A stretch of DNA of 64,000 nucleotides from Chloroflexota bacterium (GTDB lineage Bacteria; Chloroflexota; Limnocylindria; Limnocylindrales; CSP1-4): the NCBI GenBank assembly GCA_021787395.1, contig JAJYLZ010000001.1, positions 67,967 to 131,966 of the forward strand, given 5' to 3'. The position numbers were made by a program, and so were the translations under genes. The notes beneath the pieces are model-generated. The model made no database searches, was not told where the DNA came from, and saw only the letters and a list, made by a program, of their open reading frames with translations. Positions 26,234 to 36,074 of the stretch are shown piece after piece; the first letter of the stretch is position 1; each line of letters opens with the position of its first letter.

Positions 26234-29200
26234 CTAGGGATCGACCCGCACGATGGTCGGGTTCGGCATCCCGGCAGCGCCGCCATAGGCGACGGAGCCG
26301 AGGTACTTGGTCCCGGCCGTGAGGCCGGGGAAGGCGAGGTTGATCGTGCCCGTCTCGCCGAGAGTGGCGGTCGCGGGCGCGGTCACCGTCATGTTGCCGG
26401 CGTCGGCGGAGCCGAGCACCCAGGTGAACAGGGTGAACGCAGAGGGGTTTCCGGTGGCATAGCCGTCGACGACGACCGTGTAGGTGGCGGCGGCCGGGTT
26501 CAGCAGGTTGACCTCCTCTTCCGAGGTGCCGCCGCCGCTGACGCCCACCAGCGTGGAGCCGCGGTAGACGTAGAGGTCGAGGTCGCTCGCCGGCGACACG
26601 TTCACGTCGAAGGTCGAGAAGCGCGCGTATGTCGTGCCCGCCGGGACGACCACGTCGTAGGCGAGCTGCTCACCAGTGTTGATCGAGCCGGTAAAGGTCG
26701 TGGCCGGCACGAGGCCGCGGGCCGTCGCGCTGAAGTCTCCCGTGTAGCCGAAGGTGACGTTGTAGCTGATGTCGCCGCCGGTGCTCGACACCTGGGCCGG
26801 GGCGGCGAGCGCGACCGGCTTGGCGACGAGCGGGATGCGGACGATGTGGCCCTTGCTGCCGGTCCAGGTCAGCTGACCGCCGGAGTAGGCGTTCAGGGCT
26901 GCGCTGAGGTTGGTGACCGTGATCGCCAGCTTCTTCGTCGCCCCGGGGGCGATCGTGAAGGTCGAGGGCGAGACGCTCACGTTGAGGCCAGGCTGCGCGG
27001 TGTACGCGAAGCTGTACGTCTCGGCCTTCGAGCCGACGTTGGTCACCGTCCGGGTCACCGTCTGGGAGCCGGCCAGCGCGCCGATCGCGACCGAGGCGAC
27101 GTTGTAGTCGCTCAGGTCGGTCGAGTAGCCCATCGACTTGAGCGTGTCGCAGGTGGACGTGCCGACGGCCGTCGTGCCGCCGCACAGGAACGCCAGCCAG
27201 TCGTTCCAGCCGGCGTTGAACACCAGACCGGGGTCGGCCGCGCTGTTCGGCCGGATGTGGCCGGCGCCCTGCCGGAAGATGACGAGCGGGTTCGTGTCGG
27301 GCCCGTCGAGCACGTCGTAGGCGCTGGTCATGAGCGCCGACTTGACCTCCATCGGCGTCCAGTCGGGATGAAGGTCCATCAGCAGCGCGGCAACGCCGGC
27401 CACGTGCGGGCTCGACATCGACGTGCCGCTGTAGAGGTTGAAGCTGAGGCCGCCACCGCTGGCCGGGCTGACCGCGGCCAGGATGTCCTGGCCTGGCGCG
27501 ATGACGTCCGGCTTGAGCAGGTCGCCACCGCCCGCGCGGAGCGGACCACGGGACGAGAAGTCAGCCGTGTACGGGGCCGGCGTCGAGTAGTCGATGGTGG
27601 CCTTGCTGATGGTCGCGGTCGCACCGGCGGTGGCCGCGTAGGCGTGGACGGCCGCGTAGTCCGTGTTCTGGAGATGGACGGTCGGGACGGAGTGGAAGTC
27701 GGCGTTGAGCGAGCTGGCACTCACGTTCACGAGGATCATCCCGACGCCGCCAGCCTCGTAGACCGCCAGGCTCTTGTTCACGCGTGCCGTCACGCCGCGG
27801 TCGCAGACCACGATCTTGCCGGCCACCTTGGCCGGGTCGAGCACCGGCTCCCCGCCGTTGTCGATGGCCGCATAGCAGAGCTGCACGGCTGTCGCGTCCG
27901 CCCCGGGCAGGCCGGCATCGGAAGCGCTGATCAGGGGCGCAGTGACCTCCTTGGGGGAGGTCGAGGCGCCGGTGTAGACCGCCCCGTTGCCGAGGGTCAC
28001 CGTGCCGAGGGCGCTCCGGTTGTGCGTGCCGGCCGCGACGGTCGTCGTCCACGGCGACGGATGGGCCACCGTGCTCGTCGTCGGTCCGTCATTGCCGGCC
28101 GACTCGGACACGAAGATGCCCGCCCGGGCGGCGTACATGAACGAGATCTCGACCGGGTCGGCGAAGTTCGTCAGGGTACCGCTGATCGAGTAGTTGATGA
28201 CGTCCACGCCGTCATGCACGGCCGTGTCGATCGCGGCCACGAGGTCGGACGTGGCGCCGCTGGCCGTGGAGGCGTCCTGCGTGGACCACAGGGCCTTGTA
28301 CATCGCGATCCGGGCCCGCGGCGCCATGCCGCTGACCGGGCCGAAGACGGCGGCCGGGCCGGTGGTCGGCACGTCGTTGTTGCCGCCGGCGGTGGACGCC
28401 GTGTGCGTGCCGTGCCCGTTGTAGTCGCGGACGGAGGTGAACTCCCACGGGCGCTGCGCCTCGATGCCGGCGTCGCCGCCCCAAGAGGCGTCGAACCACT
28501 GGGCGCCGATCAGCTTCTGGTTGCACATCGAGGCGTTGAACGCCTCGCCGGGCGTGCACTTGCCGTGCCAGCCGGGGATCTGCTGGTAGACGAGCTTGGC
28601 GGTCGGGCCACTGCTCGGCACGCCGTCCTTGTCCACCCGGTCCGTGAAGCTCAGGCTCTCGGGCCAGATGCCGGAGTCGATGTCGCCGATGATGATCCCC
28701 TCGCCGGCGCTCGTGGTGCCGCCGAGCTGGTCCCACAGGCCGCCCGGATCGGTCAGGCCGAGGAACGTGGGCGTGGACGAGGTGTCCACGGTGACCATCT
28801 CGTCGGGGCTGACGGCCAGGACGCCGTCTGTGCCGACGAGCTTGTTCGCCTGCGCTGCGGTCAGCTGGGCAGCGAACCCGTTGAAGCTGTAGGTGTAGTC
28901 GTACAGCTTCGTGCCGCCGACGTTGTTGAGCACGCCCAGGTGCTTGCCGTTCAGGTAGCCGACGTAGGCGACCACGGCCGGGCTGTGCGGGTCGATCTTC
29001 GCGCCGGCGGCCGGGGCCGTGGCCCTCAGGCCCTTCACGCCGCCCGTATAGGCGACGACCGGCTCGTCGGCCATCTGGACGATGAAGTTGCCGCCGTCGG
29101 TGAACGGTCCCTTGACCCCAGGGGCGGCGATCACGGGCCCCGGGATCAGCGAGGCGAGCAGCAGCGCGCCTCCGAGCAGTGCGGGAATCCTGCGATTCAT
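26234..29200 (-). CDS. Secreted S8 (subtilisin-family) serine peptidase with PA/Fn3-like and C-terminal beta-domains
   Basis: Start at ATG 29200 with GAGGAGG upstream. Signal peptide MNRRIPALLGGALLLASLIPGPVIAAP. Catalytic triad motifs IIGDIDSGIWPES, NGHGTHTASTAGG and SGTSMSSPHVAG. Confidence 0.92.
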   Translation of the reverse strand: MNRRIPALLGGALLLASLIPGPVIAAPGVKGPFTDGGNFIVQMADEPVVAYTGGVKGLRATAPAAGAKIDPHSPAVVAYVGYLNGKHLGVLNNVGGTKLYDYTYSFNGFAAQLTAAQANKLVGTDGVLAVSPDEMVTVDTSSTPTFLGLTDPGGLWDQLGGTTSAGEGIIIGDIDSGIWPESLSFTDRVDKDGVPSSGPTAKLVYQQIPGWHGKCTPGEAFNASMCNQKLIGAQWFDASWGGDAGIEAQRPWEFTSVRDYNGHGTHTASTAGGNNDVPTTGPAAVFGPVSGMAPRARIAMYKALWSTQDASTASGATSDLVAAIDTAVHDGVDVINYSISGTLTNFADPVEISFMYAARAGIFVSESAGNDGPTTSTVAHPSPWTTTVAAGTHNRSALGTVTLGNGAVYTGASTSPKEVTAPLISASDAGLPGADATAVQLCYAAIDNGGEPVLDPAKVAGKIVVCDRGVTARVNKSLAVYEAGGVGMILVNVSASSLNADFHSVPTVHLQNTDYAAVHAYAATAGATATISKATIDYSTPAPYTADFSSRGPLRAGGGDLLKPDVIAPGQDILAAVSPASGGGLSFNLYSGTSMSSPHVAGVAALLMDLHPDWTPMEVKSALMTSAYDVLDGPDTNPLVIFRQGAGHIRPNSAADPGLVFNAGWNDWLAFLCGGTTAVGTSTCDTLKSMGYSTDLSDYNVASVAIGALAGSQTVTRTVTNVGSKAETYSFAYTAQPGLNVSVSPSTFTIAPGATKKLAITVTNLSAALNAYSGGQLTWTGSKGHIVRIPLVAKPVALAAPAQVSSTGGDISYNVTFGYTGDFSATARGLVPATTFTGSINTGEQLAYDVVVPAGTTYARFSTFDVNVSPASDLDLYVYRGSTLVGVSGGGTSEEEVNLLNPAAATYTVVVDGYATGNPSAFTLFTWVLGSADAGNMTVTAPATATLGETGTINLAFPGLTAGTKYLGSVAYGGAAGMPNPTIVRVDP

Positions 29201-29465
29201 GGTCCTCCTCGCCCTCCGCGGCGGACGCCCTCGCCCGGTCCCTCCCCGAGGCGAGGCGACATGCCGACGTTCCCTTCGCGGGAGCGGCTGCTCCCGGTGG
29301 CCAGAGGGTTGGGTCTGGGGCCGGCGCGCGGAAGGGCTGTGGCGGCACGGATCCATGTGACCAACGGCGCATCCGGCGGTGCGCGCACGCACCAGCCGAT
29401 GGTACGGGGCCCGACGGCGCCAGCGCGGTCCGGGGCGCCGCCGCGGCGCACCACGCCGGGAATCG

Positions 29466-29495
29466 CGAAGCCCCCGGGGCGGCCCGGGGGCTTCG
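29466..29495 (-). terminator. Terminator hairpin downstream of mdh
   Basis: Perfect 13-bp stem CGAAGCCCCCGGG / CCCGGGGGCTTCG with a 4-nt loop, 18 nt past the mdh stop (29514). Confidence 0.55.
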
Positions 29496-29513
29496 GTGTG
29501 CGGCGGGGCGGGC

Positions 29514-30566
<1,053 letters not shown>

Positions 30567-32171
30567 TCAGCCCTCGGCGCCGAAGTCGGGGTCCACCGGG
30601 ATGGGCCCGGCGCTGCGCACCGCCTCGGACACGCCGTCGGCGTACTTGGCGAAGTTGTCGTGGAACAGCGCGGCGATCCTGCGGGCGGCCTCGTCGTAGG
30701 CGGCGGTGTCAGCCCAGGTGTGGCGCGGGACGAGCACCTCGTCGGGGACGCCCGGGACGTGCGTCGGCACCGCAACCCGGAACACCGGGTCGACCACGGT
30801 CTCGACCCCGTCGAGCTCGCCGTTGATGGCCGCCCGGACCATGTTCCGGGTGTGGTTGATGTTCATCCGGTGGCCGGTCCCGTAGGGCCCGCCGGTCCAG
30901 CCGGTGTTGACCAGCCAGACGGGCACGCCGGTCTGCTCGAGCCGGTCCACGAGCATCTGGGCGTACTCGCCCGGGTGGCGGGGCAGGAACGGGGCGCCGA
31001 AGCCGGCGCTGAAGGTGGGGGTGGGCTCGACCACGCCCACCTCGGTCCCGGCGAGCTTGGCGGTGTAGCCGCTGATGAAGTGGTACGCGGCCTGCTCGCG
31101 GGTCAGCCTGCTGATCGGCGGCAGGACGCCGAACGCGTCGGCCGTGAGGAACACCACGTTCTTCGGTCCGGGGGCGACGCCGGTCGGGTCCGCGTTGCCG
31201 ATGAAGTGGAGCGGGTAGGCGGCGCGGGTGTTCTCGGTGAACCGCTCCGAGTCGAGGTCCAGGTCGCGCGTTCCCTCGACGAAGTCGGTGTTCTCGAGGA
31301 TCGTCCCGAAGCGCTTGGTGGTGGCGAAGATGTCCGGCTCGTACATCGGGGACAGGCGGATCGTCTTCGCGTAGCAGCCGCCCTCGAAGTTGAAGGTGTA
31401 GCCGTCGCCCCAGCCGTGCTCGTCGTCGCCGACCAGGCTACGCAGCGGGTCCGCCGACAGCGTGGTCTTGCCCGTGCCCGACAGCCCGAAGAAGACGCAG
31501 GCGTCGCCCTTCTCGCCCACGTTGATCGAGGAGTGCATCGGCAGCACGCCCTCGTCGGGCATCAGGTAGTTCATGACCGTGAACGCGGACTTCTTGATCT
31601 CGCCCGCGTACATGGTCCCGACGATGATGATCTCCATCCGCTGCAGGTGGAGCAGGATCGCCGTGCCGGTGCGCGTGCCCTCGGTGGCCGGGTCCGCCTG
31701 GAAGCTGGGCACGTCGATGATGGTGAAGTTGGGGACGAACGACGCCAGGTCCTCGCGCGCCGGCCGGCGGAACAGGTTGCGGGCGAAGATGCTGGCCCAG
31801 GCGGTCTCGGTGTACACGCGCAGGCTGCGGCGGTGCGCCTCGTGCGCCCCGATGTACATGTCCTGCGCGTACAGCTGCTTGTCGGCCACGTAGCCCATCA
31901 GGCGCGCGCGGAGCCGGTCGTAGTGCTCCTCGCTGATCTCGTGGTTGACGTCGCCCCACCAGACCTTGTCCTGGCTCCACGGCTCGCGGACCACGAACTT
32001 GTCCTTGGGCGAGCGGCCCGTGTGCTGGCCGGTGCGGACCACGAGCGGGCCCTCCGCCGCGATCAGGCCCTCGCCGGCGCGGACGGCGCGCTCGTAGAGC
32101 TCGGCGACGGGCAGGTTGGCGAGCACGCTGCCGCCGATTCGGTCAGTTGGGGCTGGGGTGGAGACGGCCAT
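30567..32171 (-). CDS. pckA: Phosphoenolpyruvate carboxykinase (ATP)
   Basis: Start at ATG 32171 (MAVSTPAP..). ATP-type PEPCK motifs: ..RTGQHTGRSPKDKF.., P-loop FFGLSGTGKTTLS, ..NFEGGCYAK... Confidence 0.92.
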   Translation of the reverse strand: MAVSTPAPTDRIGGSVLANLPVAELYERAVRAGEGLIAAEGPLVVRTGQHTGRSPKDKFVVREPWSQDKVWWGDVNHEISEEHYDRLRARLMGYVADKQLYAQDMYIGAHEAHRRSLRVYTETAWASIFARNLFRRPAREDLASFVPNFTIIDVPSFQADPATEGTRTGTAILLHLQRMEIIIVGTMYAGEIKKSAFTVMNYLMPDEGVLPMHSSINVGEKGDACVFFGLSGTGKTTLSADPLRSLVGDDEHGWGDGYTFNFEGGCYAKTIRLSPMYEPDIFATTKRFGTILENTDFVEGTRDLDLDSERFTENTRAAYPLHFIGNADPTGVAPGPKNVVFLTADAFGVLPPISRLTREQAAYHFISGYTAKLAGTEVGVVEPTPTFSAGFGAPFLPRHPGEYAQMLVDRLEQTGVPVWLVNTGWTGGPYGTGHRMNINHTRNMVRAAINGELDGVETVVDPVFRVAVPTHVPGVPDEVLVPRHTWADTAAYDEAARRIAALFHDNFAKYADGVSEAVRSAGPIPVDPDFGAEG

Positions 32172-32386
32172 CGCTCGGGTACCTCGACTGGGACGCGGGG
32201 CGGACTCGCCCGCGAGTTGCTCGTGACCGGCCGCGCGTGGCGGGCGCCTGCCCGGGAGTCGGCTTCCACAGTCAAGGTTGCGATTCGGTTGCCGGCGATT
32301 GTAGCCGAGGCCGGCGGGACTGTCGTGCAGGTGCATCCTCGACTGCGCTCGGGGGAAGCCGCCGGCTGTCCCCTCCTGCGGCCGTC

Positions 32387-33598
32387 TCAGCCTGACGTGA
32401 ACCACCAGTCGAACAGCGTGCCGTGCCAGGCGGGCGTGGTGTCCGGGCCGCCGGGTCCGGCGATGAAGGCGCGTGTCCCGTCAGCGGCGACGGCGACCAC
32501 GACCGTCGAGATCTCGACCGGCGTCCGGTAGGCGGGGAGCTCCAGGCGCACGCTGGCGTCGGCCGCCATCGGCGCCGAGGCCGTGGCGATCGGCGCCGGG
32601 CCGAAGACGAGGCGGCCGTCAGCGTGCGACACCGGCCACGCCTCCAGCTGAAGCGTCGGGTACCTGCGGGCGAAGGCGGCCGCCTCCGCCGGGCCGCCGA
32701 TCTGGAGGCTGGCCGTCGCCGTCCGGCTGCCCGGGCCGCCGCCCCAGTCGATGGAGTAGCCCCCCTCCAGGGGGGGCAGGCTCATCGGGTCGACGCCGAT
32801 GTCCGCCAGGTCCGCCTGCCAGCTGCCGTCCCGACTCGGCGTGACGGTGAGCAGCCCGACCGCCGCTGCCAGCAGGATGACCGCCAGTGCGATGCCAGCA
32901 CGCTGGCGACGGCTCGTCTCGGGAAACAGGGACGGTCCGCGGTTCGGTCGCTGCGATGCGATCAGGAACGCGACCGGTCCGAGCGGCAGCCCGATGGCCA
33001 GCACCGGGTCCATGTCCAGCTCGACCCAGGCCCAGATCGCCCAGGTCGCGAGCGCGAAACCCACCACGCCGACCGCCGTCTGCACGCCGCGGACCGAGCG
33101 GTTCGCCGACCGCGCGACGCGTCCGGGCAGCACCCAGCCGACCCACGCGAACCAGAGGACGGTGATGAGCACGGTGCCCAGGCTGGCGACCGGGCCGGTG
33201 AACCATCCCGAGGCGGAGCCGCCGAGCGACGAGTACGCCCACCAGGCGAGGATCCCGCCGAGGAGCATGAGCCCGCCCGCGACGAACCACAGCGAGAGAT
33301 AGGCCCAGATCCCGAACACGACGGTATGGAAGGCGGCGCCTCCGACCGCGGCCAGCAGTTGCCGGCGTTCGTGGTGCGCCCGCCCGAGTTCACGGCCGAG
33401 GGCATAGGGATCCCCCAGGCCCCGGACCGCCCGTCGCTCCGCGTCGTCGGGGTCCAGGCCGGCATCCCTCCATGCAGCAGCCGCGTCGGACAGGTGGCTG
33501 TCGAGCTCCTCGACGATCTCGCCGACGTCGTGCGGCTGGAGGTCCACCGCATCGGCGACCCGTCGCAGGAAGGCGACGCGATCCGGGACCTCAGGCAC
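32387..33598 (-). CDS. PadR-associated membrane protein (N-terminal helical 'permease-prefix'-like region + about 6 TM + extracytoplasmic C-terminal domain)
   Basis: Start set at GTG 33598, overlapping the padR stop (GTGCCTGA). N-terminus VPEVPDRVAFLRRVADAV...IVEELDSHL is typical of proteins encoded after PadR regulators. No family recognised for the C-terminal 170 aa. Confidence 0.6.
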   Translation of the reverse strand: MPEVPDRVAFLRRVADAVDLQPHDVGEIVEELDSHLSDAAAAWRDAGLDPDDAERRAVRGLGDPYALGRELGRAHHERRQLLAAVGGAAFHTVVFGIWAYLSLWFVAGGLMLLGGILAWWAYSSLGGSASGWFTGPVASLGTVLITVLWFAWVGWVLPGRVARSANRSVRGVQTAVGVVGFALATWAIWAWVELDMDPVLAIGLPLGPVAFLIASQRPNRGPSLFPETSRRQRAGIALAVILLAAAVGLLTVTPSRDGSWQADLADIGVDPMSLPPLEGGYSIDWGGGPGSRTATASLQIGGPAEAAAFARRYPTLQLEAWPVSHADGRLVFGPAPIATASAPMAADASVRLELPAYRTPVEISTVVVAVAADGTRAFIAGPGGPDTTPAWHGTLFDWWFTSG

Positions 33599-33944
33599 CG
33601 GACGGCTCCGGGCGGGCGGCGACACGATGCACGGCAGTGCTGAAGGCCGCCCACTCCTCCTCGAGCTGCGCCAGTCTCGCCACGCCCGCCGGCGTGATCT
33701 GGTACCAGCGGCGCCGAGGGCCGCGCTCACCGTCACGCCAGACCGCCTGAAGACTCCCCTCGGTCTCGAGGCGGTGCAGCGTCGGGTAGAGCGACCCCTC
33801 GGACGGGGCGAACGCGCCCTCGCTCCGCTCCCGGATCCTCACGGCGATCTGGTAGCCGTACAGCTCGCCTTCGCGGAGCACCGAGAGCGCGAGGTACGCC
33901 ATGGCGCCCTTCATGAGCTCGGTTCGCAGCGGGTCGCGTCCCAT
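33591..33944 (-). CDS. PadR-family transcriptional regulator
   Basis: Start at ATG 33944. 117 aa with a winged helix: ..LALSVLREGELYGYQI......S.G.F.PSEGSLYPTLHRLE.EG... Confidence 0.88.
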   Translation of the reverse strand: MGRDPLRTELMKGAMAYLALSVLREGELYGYQIAVRIRERSEGAFAPSEGSLYPTLHRLETEGSLQAVWRDGERGPRRRWYQITPAGVARLAQLEEEWAAFSTAVHRVAARPEPSGA

Positions 33945-33983
33945 CGTGTCTCCGGCAGTACCCCGCCGTTCGTGGCAGGCTGC

Positions 33984-34002
33984 TACATCTGACTCCGATG
34001 TA
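33984..34002. promoter_or_regulatory. Candidate PadR operator: inverted repeat TACATC-N7-GATGTA
   Basis: Perfect 6-bp arms read directly, 40 nt upstream of the padR ATG. Contains ACAT/ATGT half-sites as in known PadR boxes. Confidence 0.4.
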
Positions 34003-34314
34003 CACAAGATGTCAAGAGCCGCGCCGCCGTCGTGCGCGGGGCGGCAGCGCGCCTCGACCGCCGGGGCCGGCCGATGTCCACACGCGCCGGCGAGGTGCCG
34101 CGGTGCGGCAGCGGCCATCGTGCCCGCTCAGCGGGCGTCCTGGCGCGGCTGCCCTCCTGGCGGGCAGCACGGCGCGTGACGGTGGCCGGTTCGGCCCGGC
34201 GGCGTCCCGTTCGTGCGCTCCTCTGCCCGCTGGCCGGGCATGTGCATCGCAGTGCCCGCAGAGCGGGCGGCGGGCGAGCAGCCGGACAGCGGGCAGCCGG
34301 AAAGCGGGCGGCAC

Positions 34315-35136
34315 TCAGCGGAACAGGCGCGTCAGGCGCGTCAGGCGCTTCTTCGTCCCGGGCGGCGGCTCGGCGGCCCGCCACGCCCCGTCCACGGCCC
34401 CGGCCGTCGCGGCCCGGAACCCCTCGGCGACGGCGTGGGCGGCGGCCCGCTCCTCCCGAGAGCCCGGTGCGGGCGGCGGCGCACCCGGCGCCAGGCCGGC
34501 CAGCGCGAACGGGTCCAGCGGCGGCAGCACCCGCACGACGATCCGCCGCCCCCAGTAGAGCTCGTGGTTGCCGCCGATCACGACGGGGACGATGGGCGCC
34601 CCGGAGCGCAGTGCCGCGTAGCCCAGGCCCGCGGCGACCGGCCGCGACGCCTCGACCGGCGAGGGCGGGCCGTACTCCGGGAACAGGCAGAACGACATCC
34701 CGGACCGCAGGCACTCCCCCGCCCCCTCCAGGTGGGTGGCGAACGCCCGGGGCCCGCCGTGCGACGGGATCGGCAGGACGCCGCCGACGCGCCGGACCAC
34801 CCAGCGCCGGAGCGGCGAGCGCGCCATCGTCCGGGCGTCGCCGAAGAACGCCAGCCGCGGCTCGGCGGGCAGCCAGCCCCAGGGCAGGAACGGGTCGATC
34901 CAGGTGCGGTGCGGAATGCCGGCCAGCACGTAGCCGCCCGTCAGCCGCCCGGACGGATCGCGCGGCAGGTTCTCGAGCCCGCTCACACGGATGCGGAACC
35001 CGAGCGCGAGCGCCGCCAGCCGCCACAGTCGTCGCAGCACCCGGTAGGCGATCCCGGGCCGCGGCGAGGCGAGGCCGACCAGCCCGGCCGGCAGCTCCGG
35101 GATGCCGGGCGGGTCGGGCTCGGGCGCGCGCGGCAT
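34315..35136 (-). CDS. 1-acyl-sn-glycerol-3-phosphate acyltransferase (PlsC family)
   Basis: 273 aa. HX4D motif (PHRTWID), ..FFGDA.., ..FPEYG.., ..PIVPVVIGG... GGGAG RBS 8 nt upstream. Confidence 0.8.
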   Translation of the reverse strand: MPRAPEPDPPGIPELPAGLVGLASPRPGIAYRVLRRLWRLAALALGFRIRVSGLENLPRDPSGRLTGGYVLAGIPHRTWIDPFLPWGWLPAEPRLAFFGDARTMARSPLRRWVVRRVGGVLPIPSHGGPRAFATHLEGAGECLRSGMSFCLFPEYGPPSPVEASRPVAAGLGYAALRSGAPIVPVVIGGNHELYWGRRIVVRVLPPLDPFALAGLAPGAPPPAPGSREERAAAHAVAEGFRAATAGAVDGAWRAAEPPPGTKKRLTRLTRLFR

Positions 35137-35152
35137 CTCGGCAGCTCCCGGC

Positions 35153-35989
35153 TCAGGCCACGGCGTCCGAGCCGGGGTCGTCCCGGTCGAGGCGACCGGG
35201 ACGCAGGAACAGCCAAGTCAGCGTCCGGCGCAGCCGCCGTGGGTGCCTCGGCGGGTCCACCGTCGCCGGGTAGATGGCCTCGACCGTCGGCCCGAGCAGC
35301 TCCTCGAGGCGGTCCGACAGCCGGTGGGCGAGCTCCAGCTCCTGGCGCGAGCCCTCCGCCGGCGGCACGCCGTCCCAGGCGTCGCCGAGCAGTTCGCGGG
35401 CGGAGGTCGGCGGCAGCACCCGAGAGGCCATCCGGCGGCCCAGGTAGAGCTCCTCCGTCCCGGCGATGGCGAGCGGCACGATCGTGGCGCCGGTGCGCAG
35501 CGCGATCAGCGCCGCCCCGCTGCGGAACGGCCCGATGCGGCCCGGGGGCCCGGACACGGTCCCCTCGGGCATCTGCGCGAACACCGCGCCGTTCCCGAGG
35601 ACCGCCCGGGCCGCGGCGACGTGGCCCTCGATCCCCACGCCGCCGCGCCACACCGGCAGCAGGCCGCCCAGCCGGTGCACGAACCGCTCGCGGGTCCGGC
35701 TGGTGAACGTGGACGGCCCGCTGCCCAGGAACCAGACCCGCGGCTCGGCCGGCAGCGCGTGCATCACGAGGAACGGGTCCATCCAGCCGCGGTGCGCGGC
35801 GGCGATCAGGAGGTAGCCGCCGCCCCCCGGCAGGTGCTCCTGCCCGGACGTGGCGATGCGCATCCGGCACAGGCCGAACAGGACGAACCGCGCGAACAGC
35901 CGGACCGCCCGGTAGAAGGCGGACGCACGGGCCTCCGGCGGGCGGCCGAGCCACTCGAGGCCCTCCCTGCCGGTGCCGGCGCTGAGCAC
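35153..35989 (-). CDS. Second PlsC-family lysophospholipid acyltransferase
   Basis: HX4D motif (AHRGWMD), ..MPEGTV.., ..TIVPLAIAG... Start chosen at GTG 35989 (GGAG 6 nt upstream). This gives a length matching the paralogue and avoids overlap with lgt. The ORF is open to 36196. Confidence 0.75.
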   Translation of the reverse strand: MLSAGTGREGLEWLGRPPEARASAFYRAVRLFARFVLFGLCRMRIATSGQEHLPGGGGYLLIAAAHRGWMDPFLVMHALPAEPRVWFLGSGPSTFTSRTRERFVHRLGGLLPVWRGGVGIEGHVAAARAVLGNGAVFAQMPEGTVSGPPGRIGPFRSGAALIALRTGATIVPLAIAGTEELYLGRRMASRVLPPTSARELLGDAWDGVPPAEGSRQELELAHRLSDRLEELLGPTVEAIYPATVDPPRHPRRLRRTLTWLFLRPGRLDRDDPGSDAVA

Positions 35990-36074
35990 GCCGCGCTCCA
36001 GGCGCGAGGGCGGCCGGCGGCGCCGAGCACTCCCGGTCGAGCGGGCCGGGGCGGCGTCGCCCGGCGCCGTCGGG

